The notes: generated by a model not told the origin, from the sequence alone. A stretch of DNA of 64,000 nt from Gemmatimonadota bacterium (GCA_046726475.1 JBKPAO010000032.1:28800-92799), one strand, 5' to 3'. Positions 1-10,016 are shown, counted from the first letter of the stretch. A program made the numbers and translations.

Positions 1-1019
1 TCCAGCGTGCTGTCCGGCAGGGTCCCGGTGCCAAAGGTCTGGACCAGAACGGAGACCGGTTGGGCGACACCAATCGCGTAAGCGACCTGTACCTCGCACC
101 GCCTGGCCAGCTTGGCCTCGACGATGTTCTTGGCGACCCAGCGAGCGGCATAGGCGGCAGACCGATCGACCTTTGAGGGATCCTTGCCGCTGAACGCTCC
201 GCCGCCATGGCGAGCCATGCCGCCATAGGTGTCAACGATGATCTTACGTCCGGTCAGTCCGGCGTCGCCGTGAGGGCCCCCGATCACGAAGCGGCCAGTG
301 GGGTTGATCAGGAACTTCGTTCGCCGGGACTCGATTCCGGCGTCTTCCAGCACGGGACGGACGACTTCTGCTACCACTGCGTCGCGGATGGTGCTGTGAC
401 CGAGCTGCCGCGAACCGTTGCGCTCCGCGTGTTGCGTGGATACAACGACCGTGCGCACCGCTACCGGCCGGTCGCCTTCGTACTCGACCGAGACCTGTGA
501 CTTGCCGTCCGGCCGTAACCAATCGATTCGGGGATGACCGTTGAGTCCCTTTCGCACTGCCGCAAGCCGCTCCACGATACGATGCGCCAGCACGATCGGC
601 AGTGGCATCCGTTCCCTGGTTTCGTCGGTGGCGTAGCCGAACATCATTCCCTGATCGCCGGCACCCTGCTCTTTCTTGGCCCCGGAGTCCACCCCCATCG
701 CAATATCGGGCGACTGGCGGTCGATCGTCGTAAGTACCGCGCAGGTACGCCCATCGAAGCCGTAGGAGGCATCGGTGTAGCCGATCGACTCGACCGTCTG
801 GCGCACCAGATCGGGGATGTGGACGTAGGTGCTGGTGGTGATTTCGCCGGCGACCACGGCCATGCCAGTCGTCACCAGGGTTTCACAGGCGACCCGCCCT
901 GCCGGATCTCGGGCCAGGATTGCATCGAGTACCGCGTCGGAGATCTGATCGGCCACCTTGTCGGGGTGGCCTTCAGTCACCGACTCGGAGGTAAAAATGT
1001 GATGCCGGGTACCGTTCAT
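1..1019 (-). CDS. metK: S-adenosylmethionine synthetase (partial, C-terminus beyond window edge)
   Basis: Absent from the ORF track because it runs off the window edge. Reverse translation from ATG 1017-1019 reads [35 protein letters not shown]...[18 protein letters not shown]...[29 protein letters not shown], the hallmark MetK motifs. Confidence 0.95.
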   Translation of the reverse strand, partial: MNGTRHHIFTSESVTEGHPDKVADQISDAVLDAILARDPAGRVACETLVTTGMAVVAGEITTSTYVHIPDLVRQTVESIGYTDASYGFDGRTCAVLTTIDRQSPDIAMGVDSGAKKEQGAGDQGMMFGYATDETRERMPLPIVLAHRIVERLAAVRKGLNGHPRIDWLRPDGKSQVSVEYEGDRPVAVRTVVVSTQHAERNGSRQLGHSTIRDAVVAEVVRPVLEDAGIESRRTKFLINPTGRFVIGGPHGDAGLTGRKIIVDTYGGMARHGGGAFSGKDPSKVDRSAAYAARWVAKNIVEAKLARRCEVQVAYAIGVAQPVSVLVQTFGTGTLPDSTL

Positions 1020-1054
1020 GGGTCTGGGGTTCAGAGAGGGGGTGACGCCTGCAA

Positions 1055-1079
1055 CAAGCGGGCCGCTGCTAACCGCTTG
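1055..1079 (-). terminator. Weak terminator-like hairpin after ptsI
   Basis: On the minus strand CAAGCGG-(11 nt)-CCGCTTG forms a 7-bp stem directly after the ptsI TAG stop. It is followed by only TTG, so there is no real U-tract. Weak. Confidence 0.25.
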
Positions 1080-2888
1080 CTACACGCTGTTTCCGGGGGG
1101 CAAGCTAGCGACCCGGCCACGGCCAGGCAACGTCGAATGAGGGTCCAACAACCGAAGATCCATGAACTCACCTACGGCTTCTCTCACCGCGTTCGAGACC
1201 TCGGCAGCGCTCGAGGCCTTCAATGCGGCGGCAGCCGCGCTACGCGCGGATTCTTCCGGTACGGTCCGGACTACCCATTTGACCAGCGGCAGCGCCGGCG
1301 GAGAGACGCTTAGGCAGTCGTACCCGAGTCCAAGCAAGAGGACGGCGCTCAGCGGCTCGGAGGCCATTTCGCCACAGACGCTTACCGGAAGCCCCGCCGA
1401 TTTGCCAACCTGGAGCACGTGCTGCAGCTGACGCACGATCGATGGATCGTGGGGAGTGAATCGGTTGGCTAATCGCGCATTTCCGCGGTCGACGGCCATG
1501 GTGTACTGGGTGAGATCGTTGGTGCCGACGCTGAAGAAGGCACTCACTTCGGCCAGACGATCGGCCATCAGCACTGCCGCCGGGGTTTCCACCATGACGC
1601 CCACCGGAACTGAGGGAGCAGCACGTATGCCCGCCTTCTGTAGTGCCCTCGATTCCTCCATCACGATCTCTTTTGCCTCTTCGACCTCATGCACCGTGGT
1701 CACAAGTGGCAGCATGAGGTGAAGATCATGTCCCGCCGCCGCACGGAGGACTGCTCGGACCTGAGGGCGGAACACCTCGGGTTGGTCGAGGCAAACCCGA
1801 ATCGAGCGCCAGCCCAGGAAGGGATTGGCTTCAACCGGAGCCTTAAACGCCGCGGGGAACTTGTCTCCCCCCAAATCAAATGAGCGAATGACGACGGTCT
1901 GCTCGGAGAAAGCCAGCGCCACTCGGCGGAAATACTCCGCTTGCTCGTCCTCGGTCGGCAGAGTAGCACGGCCGGTGAGGAGAAACTCGGTTCGGAGCAA
2001 ACCCACTCCCTGGGCTCCGTGCCGGAGGGCCATCTCGATCTCCTCGGGTAGATCGACGTTCCCCATTAGGGTGATCGCGCGCCCGGAGGGTGTGACCGCG
2101 GCCTCACCCACTACGCTTTCCAGCTGGAGCTCGAGCCGGTGTCTCCGGCTCACTTGGACCTTCGCTTCCTCCAACTCATCGCGATTGGGATCCAGGACGA
2201 TCGTGCCGCTCTGACCATCCAGGAGAAGCATCGTCCCGTTGGGGATTCCCGAGAGCGCACCGGCAGCGCCCATGACGGCAGGAATCCCAAGGGAATGCGC
2301 GAGAATGGCGGCGTGCGCCGTCCGGGTTCCCTCTTCGCTAACCAGACCGACCACGTACTCACGATCGAGCTGGACCGTGAGCCCCGGGGAGAGCTCGTGC
2401 GCCACCACGATCACCTGTTCGTCTGCCGGGACCGACCAGAGCTCGGAGTCGGTCTTACCCAGCAGGCGCTGAATCATCCGCATCTGGATGGCGTGGAGAT
2501 CGGCCAGCCGCTCGCGCAGTCGGGCCGCGCCGGACCAGAGCGCCCGGAGCTCGAGCGCGCGGAACTCGTAAGCCGTCTCAGCGCTGAGCTGATTTTTCCT
2601 GATGAGAGTCTCTACCGAAGCGAGGAAATCCTTATCCTGGGCCATGAGGATTTGAGCATCGAAGATGCGGGATTCCTCGGGACCGGCGCGCTGCAGCACC
2701 CGCTCGCCGAGCTCCCGGAGGTGAGAAACCACGTAGTCGACTGCCTCCCGCAGCCGCGCTACTTCGCCCTCAACCTCGCTCGCACTCACCGTGCGGTCCC
2801 CGACTTCGGGAAAATCCCACCGAATGATCAACGCTGGGGCGCACGCCACTCCCGGTGAAACCCCAATGCCACGAAACACTCTAGTCAT
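1080..2888 (-). CDS. ptsI: Phosphoenolpyruvate-protein phosphotransferase (PTS enzyme I)
   Basis: 602-aa ORF. Has the GTRTAHAAILAHSLGIPAV phospho-His region and the VCGEMASEP active-site Cys region. ATGA overlap with the ptsH stop. Confidence 0.95.
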   Translation of the reverse strand: MTRVFRGIGVSPGVACAPALIIRWDFPEVGDRTVSASEVEGEVARLREAVDYVVSHLRELGERVLQRAGPEESRIFDAQILMAQDKDFLASVETLIRKNQLSAETAYEFRALELRALWSGAARLRERLADLHAIQMRMIQRLLGKTDSELWSVPADEQVIVVAHELSPGLTVQLDREYVVGLVSEEGTRTAHAAILAHSLGIPAVMGAAGALSGIPNGTMLLLDGQSGTIVLDPNRDELEEAKVQVSRRHRLELQLESVVGEAAVTPSGRAITLMGNVDLPEEIEMALRHGAQGVGLLRTEFLLTGRATLPTEDEQAEYFRRVALAFSEQTVVIRSFDLGGDKFPAAFKAPVEANPFLGWRSIRVCLDQPEVFRPQVRAVLRAAAGHDLHLMLPLVTTVHEVEEAKEIVMEESRALQKAGIRAAPSVPVGVMVETPAAVLMADRLAEVSAFFSVGTNDLTQYTMAVDRGNARLANRFTPHDPSIVRQLQHVLQVGKSAGLPVSVCGEMASEPLSAVLLLGLGYDCLSVSPPALPLVKWVVRTVPEESARSAAAAALKASSAAEVSNAVREAVGEFMDLRLLDPHSTLPGRGRVASLPPGNSV

Positions 2889-3157
2889 TGGACGGTCTCA
2901 CCAAAGCCGGTGGCGACCAGAGCAGCCAACGCTTCTGCCGCCTGCTCGGCATCGTGCCCATTGGCGCGGATGGTGATCGAACTGCCAAACTCCGCGGCGA
3001 GCATCATGACTCCCATGATGCTCTTCCCATTTACCCCGACCCCGTCTTTGCAGAGCTCGATCTCCGAGTCGAAGGTGCTCGCGAGCCGTACGATCCGGGC
3101 CGCGGGTCGAGCATGCAGCCCCTCCAGGTTCACGATCGTTGCCTCGCGCTCAATCAC
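2885..3157 (-). CDS. ptsH: Phosphocarrier protein HPr
   Basis: GTG at 3155-3157 overlaps the EIID TGA stop (GTGA). The 90-aa product is MIEREATIVNLEGLHARPAA...VNGKSIMGVM, with His15 and Ser46 both in canonical context. The longer 162-aa ORF-track version is an artefactual N-terminal extension. Confidence 0.9.
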   Translation of the reverse strand: MIEREATIVNLEGLHARPAARIVRLASTFDSEIELCKDGVGVNGKSIMGVMMLAAEFGSSITIRANGHDAEQAAEALAALVATGFGETVQ

Positions 3158-3888
3158 AGCCCTAACCGGCGGAAGAGGAGGAGAAGAACCATGGCCATGA
3201 GGGCGAAACGTACCGACGTCAGGCCCGGGCCGAACCAGCGAGTGAGCGCTACACCCGCCACCGCCACTCCCGCAGCGCCTACAGCTGCGGACCAGCCGAA
3301 CCCGCGAAGATACCAGTCCGCCACGATTGGAATCGCGAGGCCGATAGCGAAACCCGCGGTCGGGGCGGCCCATTCAATCGCCCGGGGAAGCCAGGAGCCT
3401 CCAATAGCGGTGCCGACGCGCATGCCCGAGGCCATCCCGGTGCGCAGCGCCCAATAGCCAGTCCAGATCCGGATGAGGTTATAGGTCAGCAGAAAGACCA
3501 GGATAGCCCAGGCACCGGCACCCAGCACGAGAGCGACGAGGGTAAAACCGGCCAGCGATGGGACCAGGCCAGCCCAGAAGAGCTGGTCACCCATGGAGCC
3601 GAGCGGGCTGCACAAGGCCGTGCGCAGGCGGGCAATCTGCGCGCCAGGCACGCCCTCGTACTCGGCTCGGGCGGTGGCGCCAAGCGCGAGCCCCGCGAGA
3701 TTGGGATGGCAGTTGAAGAATTCCGCCGAGCGCACTACCGCCTCACCGTGCCGCACCGGGTCGATGGCCTTCAGATCCTCCAGCAGCGGCTCTGCCGCGT
3801 AGCCCATCCCGACTCCCAGCATGCGCTCGTAGTTCCACGTCCCTTGCACCGCGAAGAGCCGGAGCAACGCCTGTAAGCGCCGAGTCAT
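3154..3888 (-). CDS. PTS mannose/sorbose-family EIID component
   Basis: The internal ATG at 3886-3888 gives an ATGA overlap with the EIIC stop. Product MTRRLQALLRLFAVQGTWNYERMLGVGMGYAAEPLL...FFNCHPNLAG resembles the ManZ-type IID N-terminus. Multiple TM segments. Confidence 0.8.
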   Translation of the reverse strand: MTRRLQALLRLFAVQGTWNYERMLGVGMGYAAEPLLEDLKAIDPVRHGEAVVRSAEFFNCHPNLAGLALGATARAEYEGVPGAQIARLRTALCSPLGSMGDQLFWAGLVPSLAGFTLVALVLGAGAWAILVFLLTYNLIRIWTGYWALRTGMASGMRVGTAIGGSWLPRAIEWAAPTAGFAIGLAIPIVADWYLRGFGWSAAVGAAGVAVAGVALTRWFGPGLTSVRFALMAMVLLLLFRRLGL

Positions 3889-4565
3889 GTGAGCACCGCA
3901 AGCACGACTCCGGTAGCAACCCCTGCGATCAGCCATTTGAGCCGAGTACCGCGACCCGAGCTTCGGAAGGCCCCGCTTGCCGCCGCGGCCAACGCCGACC
4001 CGATTGCGACCAGGGTGAAGGCTACCGCGGTCTGGCGATCCAGTCGCACCGAGTCCGCAATGGTCGCTGCCAGCACCAGTCCGGCTAGTGTCAGAATGAA
4101 TCCGCGAGCTGCGTCCCGCAGGATCCCCCCATACTGTAGCCGCCGAATGGCGCTGCTTTCGCCAGCCGCCAGCGCCGCGGATTGGCGCTGAATCGCTCGT
4201 GCGTTCCAGCGGCGGACCACCTGCAAGCTCCATCCTCCGAGCATCGCCAATACCAATCCGAGGGCCGCGCTGACCCCGAGTCCCAACTCCCACGGCGTGC
4301 CCACTCCTAGCGCGACAGCGGCGATCGTCGCCGGCCCATAATCTGGATAGCGAACCGCTCCGGCCGGGAATACGTCGAGCGCAAACAACTCAAAGAGCAC
4401 CCCGATGCGAACTCCAGCTTGCAGGTCTCCGGCAAGCAGACCGGCGACGATCCCGGCGACTAAGGGACGGGAGATCATTGCTTGTGGTACGCTGACCAGA
4501 TCCAGACCGACCAGGGTCCCCCACAGCAGCAATGGGATCACCACATGAGGTGAGAAGTCACTCAT
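3885..4565 (-). CDS. PTS mannose/sorbose-family EIIC component
   Basis: 226-aa polytopic membrane ORF with a ManY-like pattern (LVGLDLVSVPQAMISRPLVAG...GD..AG). 4-nt overlaps on both sides. Confidence 0.8.
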   Translation of the reverse strand: MSDFSPHVVIPLLLWGTLVGLDLVSVPQAMISRPLVAGIVAGLLAGDLQAGVRIGVLFELFALDVFPAGAVRYPDYGPATIAAVALGVGTPWELGLGVSAALGLVLAMLGGWSLQVVRRWNARAIQRQSAALAAGESSAIRRLQYGGILRDAARGFILTLAGLVLAATIADSVRLDRQTAVAFTLVAIGSALAAAASGAFRSSGRGTRLKWLIAGVATGVVLAVLT

Positions 4566-5038
4566 CCCAGACTCTTCAGGGGGACCGGTGGCGTAGTGGG
4601 GAGATCCTGTGCCGTGATCACCGCGCCGCCCTGTTCGAGGGTCATCAGCGTTCGCAGCTCCTGGTCGGTGAGATACACGAACGGTAATCGCTCACGCCGG
4701 CCCGGCCGGTGGTGGATGCCGCCGAGATTGATCCGGTGCACTACGTCCGGACTCGCGGCATGCAGGGCGGCCATCGTCTCCAGGTCACCGGTGAGGACCA
4801 GCCCCCGTTTCCCGTTGGCCTGCCATTCAGCGAGGTGGCTCGTGGCCTCGGCTACGGACACGAATCGCACCTCGATATCGGGCGCGACGGCCATTCGATA
4901 GAGTTCCTGCTCCCAGTCACTGGCGGCGACATGGTCGTCGACCAGAATGATGAGATTGATCCCCATCGGACGGCCCCAACCGATCACCACCTGGCCGTGA
5001 ATGAGACGGTCATCGATGCGACAGAGCACGATGGCCAT
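4562..5038 (-). CDS. PTS mannose/sorbose-family EIIB component
   Basis: The N-terminus MAIVLCRIDDRLIHGQVVIGW matches the sorbose-family IIB phospho-His motif (RIDDRLIHGQV). Confidence 0.85.
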   Translation of the reverse strand: MAIVLCRIDDRLIHGQVVIGWGRPMGINLIILVDDHVAASDWEQELYRMAVAPDIEVRFVSVAEATSHLAEWQANGKRGLVLTGDLETMAALHAASPDVVHRINLGGIHHRPGRRERLPFVYLTDQELRTLMTLEQGGAVITAQDLPTTPPVPLKSLG

Positions 5039-5413
5039 TCAGGGGATCCTGATCGAATTTTCCCCAGCGGCCACCGCCCGTGTAGCGGCCTCCCCTGGTG
5101 ACAGCGACCGGTGAAACACAAAGTCCACCAGCATAGCGAGATTGACTCCGGTCACCACCTTTACGGAAGGCTCCCCCCGAAGGCGTTTGAGGACCGCAAA
5201 GGAGCAGGAGCCGCTCGCCAGGTCGACAAAGACCACCGCCGACTGCCGGTTAACTGCCCGCAACACTCGCTCTTCGAGGGTCTCCCGATCACACCCCGTG
5301 TTGCTTACCGGCACCAAGACGCCCTGGAGCCCGCTGATCTGTTCCGCCGCTTGCACGAGCGCAGTTGCCAGCGTGCCGTGACACACGACGACGCCGAGCA
5401 GCTCCTCACTCAT
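5039..5413 (-). CDS. PTS mannose-family EIIA component
   Basis: LLGVVVCHGTLATALVQAAEQI places a His near position 10. GVNLAMLVD resembles the ManX-IIA GVNIPML motif. Confidence 0.85.
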   Translation of the reverse strand: MSEELLGVVVCHGTLATALVQAAEQISGLQGVLVPVSNTGCDRETLEERVLRAVNRQSAVVFVDLASGSCSFAVLKRLRGEPSVKVVTGVNLAMLVDFVFHRSLSPGEAATRAVAAGENSIRIP

Positions 5414-6368
5414 AATCCTCCTGCAGATACTCCCGTACCCCGCGCTGCTCCTTCATTCGCTTGATCAGCCGCGCATTGAACGCAGCGGCCACGTCGACGC
5501 CGGAGTACCGCAGGAGGTGCATCATCGCGACCACCTCCGAGATCACGGTGATGTTCTTGCCCGGGTTGAGCGGAACGACCACCCGCGGCACCGGCACATC
5601 CAGTATCGTCGTCTGCTCGCGGGAGAGTCCGCTGCGGTCGCTGTCTTTGGCGGTTTCCCAATCCTCGAGCTGAACGACTACCTCAATCCGCTTCTGCTGC
5701 CTGACTGCTCGGACGCCGAACAGCGCTGGAATGTCGATCAGTCCGATGCCTCGAATCTCCATGTGGTGGGCTGCCAACTCATGGCCCCGGCCGATCAGCA
5801 CGTCATTCCCACGGCGGGTTACCTGGACGACATCGTCGGCCACCAGCCGGTGGCCTCGCTCGACCAGATCGAGCACGCACTCACTCTTTCCGATGCCGGA
5901 GCGGCCCACGAAAAGAAGTCCTACTCCGTAAACATCGGCCAGCGAGCCGTGCAGCGTTGTGCGGGGCGCGAACGCCTCTTCGACGATTGGTTTGATGCGG
6001 CGATAGAACTCGGACGTTTTGAGCTTACTGCGCAATACCGGAACGCCGTTGTTCCTGGCGAGCTCCAGCAGCTCTGCAGGCACATCCTGTCCTTTCGTCA
6101 CGAAGATGCAGGGCAGATCGAAGCCGAAGAACGTGACCAGGGATTCCCTGCGCTGGTCGGGCGGAAGCGTGTTCAGGTAGGTAATCTCGGTCTCGCCCAG
6201 CACGTGAAGCCGGTTCGCCGCGAACCGCCCGGTGTATCCGGCCAGCGCCAGGCCTGGCCCAGCCACCTCAGCGGCCGAGACCTGCCGATCCAGCCCCAAG
6301 TCACCGGTTAACGCCTCCAGCTGGAGCGGGTCACCCCGACGGGAGAGAAAGTCACCGAGTCGAAGCAT
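5406..6368 (-). CDS. hprK: HPr kinase/phosphorylase (full length, with N-terminal domain)
   Basis: 320 aa. Walker A GRSGIGKSECVLDLVERGHRLVADD and the downstream HMEIRGIGLIDI signature. TAATG junction with hpf. Confidence 0.92.
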   Translation of the reverse strand: MLRLGDFLSRRGDPLQLEALTGDLGLDRQVSAAEVAGPGLALAGYTGRFAANRLHVLGETEITYLNTLPPDQRRESLVTFFGFDLPCIFVTKGQDVPAELLELARNNGVPVLRSKLKTSEFYRRIKPIVEEAFAPRTTLHGSLADVYGVGLLFVGRSGIGKSECVLDLVERGHRLVADDVVQVTRRGNDVLIGRGHELAAHHMEIRGIGLIDIPALFGVRAVRQQKRIEVVVQLEDWETAKDSDRSGLSREQTTILDVPVPRVVVPLNPGKNITVISEVVAMMHLLRYSGVDVAAAFNARLIKRMKEQRGVREYLQEDYE

Positions 6369-6685
6369 TATTGGGGATGGTTGGACTGGACAGAGCGGGA
6401 TCGCCGAGGCCGCTCCGAGGCGCGCTCGACCTGGCGTCGCAGCTTTTCTTCAGCGCGATCGAGAGCAGTGCGATGATCGGCTCCCTCTGCCTTGGCCACC
6501 AGAATCTCACCTCGTGCCACGTGGAGCCGGATCTCGGCCGTCTGATGCATCCCATTCGTGTCGAACACGACCTTCGACTCCATGGGACGGGGAGCCTGGT
6601 TTCCCAAGCGCTCGACGACCGTGATCGCACGCTCCCGCAACGCCTCGGAAATTTCACAATGGCGCGCCGTGACGGTTGTTTGCAT
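6368..6685 (-). CDS. hpf: Ribosome hibernation promoting factor / RaiA family
   Basis: 105 aa, MQTTVTARHCEISEALRERAITVVERL..., the typical HPF/YfiA fold pattern. AAGGAG Shine-Dalgarno lies 7 nt upstream of the ATG. Confidence 0.9.
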   Translation of the reverse strand: MQTTVTARHCEISEALRERAITVVERLGNQAPRPMESKVVFDTNGMHQTAEIRLHVARGEILVAKAEGADHRTALDRAEEKLRRQVERASERPRRSRSVQSNHPQ

Positions 6686-6708
6686 GCGTACTCCTTTTGG
6701 GCTGGGCC

Positions 6709-7821
6709 TCAGGCCGCGCCCTCGATGATATCACTCAAGTGGCGTAGAGTTTCCGCCGCCGTACGCTCCCAGGTGAGCCCTTCCGCGAACCGCCGCGCGC
6801 GATCTCCCAATCGCGTAACCACGAGCGGCGCATTGGCCAGCTCCAACATTCGTGCCGCAAGTGCCGGTACATCTCCATGCGGCACCAGATACCCAGTCTC
6901 CCCATGGCGAACCGAATCCCGAAGACCCGGGCTGTCGGAGGCGAGCGACGGTGCCCCACAAGCCGCTGCCTCGATTACCGTGATGCCCCACCCTTCCTTC
7001 GGCGAGGGAAAGACGTTGGCCCAGGTCCAGCGCATCAGGTCGATCTTGCGCTCCTCGCTCACGAAACCATGAAAGGTGACCGCCTTCTCCAATCCGAGAC
7101 GGCTTGCCAATCGCTCCAGCTCGGGGCGATAGTCACCGGTGCCGGCGATCTCCAGCCGCAGGTCGGATCGCTGACGGCGAGCGAGAGCCAGCGCTTCGAT
7201 GGCGATCCCTATTCCTTTATAACGCTTCAGCCGTCCAACATACAAGAAGCTCGGTACGGTGGAGCGACGGCCCGGTCCCGGAGTAAAGCGGTGACTATCG
7301 ACTCCAGGATGGATCACTCGCACGTGCTCGGATGCGACGCCGCGGGCGATCAGATCGTCGCGGGTACTCTCGCTGATCGCATGGAAACCGGCCGACCGAT
7401 AGGTCCAGGGCAAGGGTTGTTCGGACGCCCACACCACCGCCGCCATGGGCCATGGTGCTTCGGCGAACGCTGTCGTTCCGAAGAGGTGGGGAACGATAGC
7501 ACACACCGGCGTCCGAGCTCCCAGGGCAAGGAAGAGCGGAAGCTTGTTGATGTCCTCGACCACTATATCCGGGCGCTCGGCCCTGACGGCCCGGCGGACA
7601 GCAGCACGCCCCACCAGAGCAAAACTATGCCTTCCGCCGTGACGCTGGATATCGATGCCCTCCAGCGTCGCCCGAGCGGGCGCTCCCTCCCATCCGGAAC
7701 AGAGCAGCCTGATGCGGTGACCTTGAGACGCGAGCCGCCCAAAGATCTCGAAGAGATGAATCTCGGCGCCCCCGGCGTGGGGGTTTGCACGATCCTGCCA
7801 ATTGACCAGGAGAATGTTCAC
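6709..7821 (-). CDS. Glycosyltransferase family 4 (GT-B, retaining type)
   Basis: C-terminal PSPKEGWGITVIEAAACGAPSLASDSPGLRDSV (E-x7-E region). I chose the start at GTG 7819-7821, giving (M)NILLVNWQDRANPHAGGAEIH. An alternative ATG at 7875 would overlap nusB by 31 nt. The start is uncertain. Confidence 0.8.
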   Translation of the reverse strand: MNILLVNWQDRANPHAGGAEIHLFEIFGRLASQGHRIRLLCSGWEGAPARATLEGIDIQRHGGRHSFALVGRAAVRRAVRAERPDIVVEDINKLPLFLALGARTPVCAIVPHLFGTTAFAEAPWPMAAVVWASEQPLPWTYRSAGFHAISESTRDDLIARGVASEHVRVIHPGVDSHRFTPGPGRRSTVPSFLYVGRLKRYKGIGIAIEALALARRQRSDLRLEIAGTGDYRPELERLASRLGLEKAVTFHGFVSEERKIDLMRWTWANVFPSPKEGWGITVIEAAACGAPSLASDSPGLRDSVRHGETGYLVPHGDVPALAARMLELANAPLVVTRLGDRARRFAEGLTWERTAAETLRHLSDIIEGAA

Positions 7822-7843
7822 GACGTCCGGAGGAGCACTATAC

Positions 7844-8257
7844 CTATAACCGGCCCAGTGAACGGGCGATGCCATCGAGAATGCCGTTGACAAATCCTGG
7901 AGCACGGGCATCGCCGAACCAATGGGCCAAGTGCACCGCCTCATCGATGGCGACCTTGGGTGGGACGTCTCCTCGCCGGAGTTCGTGGATCCCCAGTCTG
8001 AGGATATTTCGCTCGACCACGGCAATCCGGCTCATCCGCCAGTTCTCCGAGGCGCTTGCTGCCTGCGCGTCGAGCGTTTCCACATCCGCCACGACTCCGG
8101 CGGCGAGCGCCTCCGCCCGGTCCAAGATGCGGGGCTCGGGACCGGTGAGGCGAGCCAGGCCGCTGGCGACGCGAGGGATCGGCGGAGCTCCCTGTAGCTC
8201 CCAGGCGTAGAGGATTTGCAGCGCGCGGGCCCGACTCTTGGTCTCAATCCGGAGCAC
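7844..8257 (-). CDS. nusB: Transcription antitermination factor NusB
   Basis: GTG at 8255-8257 is preceded by GGAG. Product LRIETKSRARALQILYAWELQG...AIDEAVHLAHWFG is NusB-like. The longer 200-aa ORF is an upstream extension overlapping ribH. Confidence 0.85.
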   Translation of the reverse strand: MLRIETKSRARALQILYAWELQGAPPIPRVASGLARLTGPEPRILDRAEALAAGVVADVETLDAQAASASENWRMSRIAVVERNILRLGIHELRRGDVPPKVAIDEAVHLAHWFGDARAPGFVNGILDGIARSLGRL

Positions 8258-8723
8258 GGCGACTCCGGAGCTGGGACAGGACGTCTGCGGTGCGCAGCGC
8301 GGCTGAGGTGGCTTCATGCCCCTTGTTCCCGGCTTTTCCGCCCGCGCGATCCGCGGCTTGCTCCATCGTATCCACCGTGAGTACGCCAAAACCGACCGGT
8401 AGGCGGTGTCGCACCGAGACCTCCCGCAACCCGCGGGCAGCCTCACCGGCCACGAAGTCGAAATGCGGAGTGTCTCCGCGAATTACCGCCCCCAGTGCGA
8501 CGAGGCAGGTGTAATCGCCCGTCTCAGCCGCCGCCGCCGCGGCGACCGGGAGCTCGAAGGCACCAGGAATCCACACCACGTCGACCGAGTCGCGAGGGAT
8601 GCCGGCCTCGCTGCAACAGGCGAGCGCCCCGTCGAGAAGCTTTGAGGTGATCACTTCGTTGTAACGGCTCACCAGAATCCCCACTCGCCCGGAGGCGCGC
8701 AGGCGGCCGGAAAAGTCGGGCAC
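8244..8723 (-). CDS. ribH: 6,7-dimethyl-8-ribityllumazine synthase
   Basis: 159 aa. VGILVSRYNEVITSKLLDGA...VWIPGAFELP...LGAVIRGDTPHFDFV is the canonical RibH sequence. Confidence 0.93.
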   Translation of the reverse strand: MPDFSGRLRASGRVGILVSRYNEVITSKLLDGALACCSEAGIPRDSVDVVWIPGAFELPVAAAAAAETGDYTCLVALGAVIRGDTPHFDFVAGEAARGLREVSVRHRLPVGFGVLTVDTMEQAADRAGGKAGNKGHEATSAALRTADVLSQLRSRRAPD

Positions 8724-8727
8724 AGGG

Positions 8728-9936
8728 TCAGTGAGTGAAGAGGTGACCGAGCTTGTCTCGTTTGACCTGAAGGTAGGTGCGATTTTCGTGATCGGGATCG
8801 GCTAAGAGGGGAACGCGCTCGACGATCTCGAGCCCGTACCCCTCGAGTCCAACCAGCTTCCGCGGGTTGTTGGTCATCACTCGGATCGAGGAGAGTCCGA
8901 GGTCTCGGAGAATCTGCGCGCCAATACCGTAGTTTCGGAGATCCGGAGCGAACCCCAGTCGCTCGTTGGCCTGCACCGTGTCGGCACCACTGTCCTGCAA
9001 CGCATAGGCGCGCAGCTTATTGAGCAAGCCAATGCCGCGCCCCTCCTGATCAAGGTAGACAACCGCACCCTTCCCTTCCCGCGCGATCAGCTCCATGGCC
9101 CGCCGCAGCTGCACCCCACAGTCGCACCGTCGGGATCCGAACACGTCCCCCGTCAGACACTTGGAATGCATGCGCACCAGAATATTCGACTCCCCCTCGA
9201 TGTCCCCATGGACCAGCGCAATGTGTTCCGCGCGATCAACGTCGTTGCGGTACCCGATGATGGTAAACTCGCCGAAGTCAGTCGGAATTCTGGTTTCGGC
9301 GACCCGGTGTACCAGGCGCTCCGTCTGGAGCCGATAGGCGACCAGTTGCGCGACAGTGACGAAGGTGAGCCCATGCTGGTGGGCGATCTCCTGCAGCTGC
9401 GGCCTGCGCGCCATCGACCCGTCGGGGTTCAGGATCTCGCAGATGACTCCCGCAGGATTCAGTCCTGCCAGCCGGGCAAGATCGACACTCGCTTCGGTCT
9501 GTCCCACCCGCTGAAGAACGCCGCCGGGCCGGGCCCGAAGCGGAAAGACGTGGCCGGGACGCCGGAGATCAGACGGAACGGTCGCGGGATTGATGGCGAC
9601 ATGGATAGTGGTCGCCCGATCGGTGGCGGAGATGCCGGTTGTCACCCCGAACCGACGCTGAGCGTCAACGCTAACCGTGAACGCCGTCGATAACTCTTCA
9701 GTGTTCCGCTCGGTCATCGCGGACAGGCCCAGCTGGTCGCAGCGCTCGCCGGTCAGTGCGAGACAGATAAGTCCCCGACCATGGAGGGTCATGAAGTTGA
9801 TCATCTCGGGCGTGGCCAGTTCGGCGGCGCACACGAGGTCACCTTCATTCTCGCGGTCTTCATCATCGGCCACGATGATGATCTTGCCGTTTCGGAGATC
9901 GTTGATCGCCTGCTCGATAGTGCCGAATGTCGTCAT
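8728..9936 (-). CDS. ribBA: Bifunctional 3,4-dihydroxy-2-butanone-4-phosphate synthase / GTP cyclohydrolase II
   Basis: 402 aa. The N-terminal part has [12 protein letters not shown] (DHBP synthase). The C-terminal part has [18 protein letters not shown] (GCH II zinc site). Confidence 0.95.
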   Translation of the reverse strand: MTTFGTIEQAINDLRNGKIIIVADDEDRENEGDLVCAAELATPEMINFMTLHGRGLICLALTGERCDQLGLSAMTERNTEELSTAFTVSVDAQRRFGVTTGISATDRATTIHVAINPATVPSDLRRPGHVFPLRARPGGVLQRVGQTEASVDLARLAGLNPAGVICEILNPDGSMARRPQLQEIAHQHGLTFVTVAQLVAYRLQTERLVHRVAETRIPTDFGEFTIIGYRNDVDRAEHIALVHGDIEGESNILVRMHSKCLTGDVFGSRRCDCGVQLRRAMELIAREGKGAVVYLDQEGRGIGLLNKLRAYALQDSGADTVQANERLGFAPDLRNYGIGAQILRDLGLSSIRVMTNNPRKLVGLEGYGLEIVERVPLLADPDHENRTYLQVKRDKLGHLFTH

Positions 9937-10016
9937 GTTTCCCCGACAGCGTGAGCCGGTGAAAGGTCAGCTGTGAGCGGGAGCTCCGAGAGCCAATGCT
10001 TACCGATTACCGCCTA

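Noticed and set aside
1020-1079. Looked for a SAM riboswitch upstream of metK, and for an FMN riboswitch upstream of ribD at 11681..11687.
   Set aside because: The available leaders are 60 nt and 7 nt. Both are far too short for these elements, and no conserved cores were recognisable.
3154-4293. Long N-terminal extensions in the ORF track: EIID 379 aa, HPr 162 aa, NusB 200 aa, Alr 447 aa, PfkB 346 aa, MurD 485 aa, FtsW 448 aa, FtsL 135 aa and RsmH 327 aa.
   Set aside because: The extensions overlap the upstream gene in another frame and are R/S/P-rich. Family-typical N-termini begin at internal ATG or GTG codons that form 1-4-nt overlaps with the upstream stop. I therefore used the shorter coordinates.
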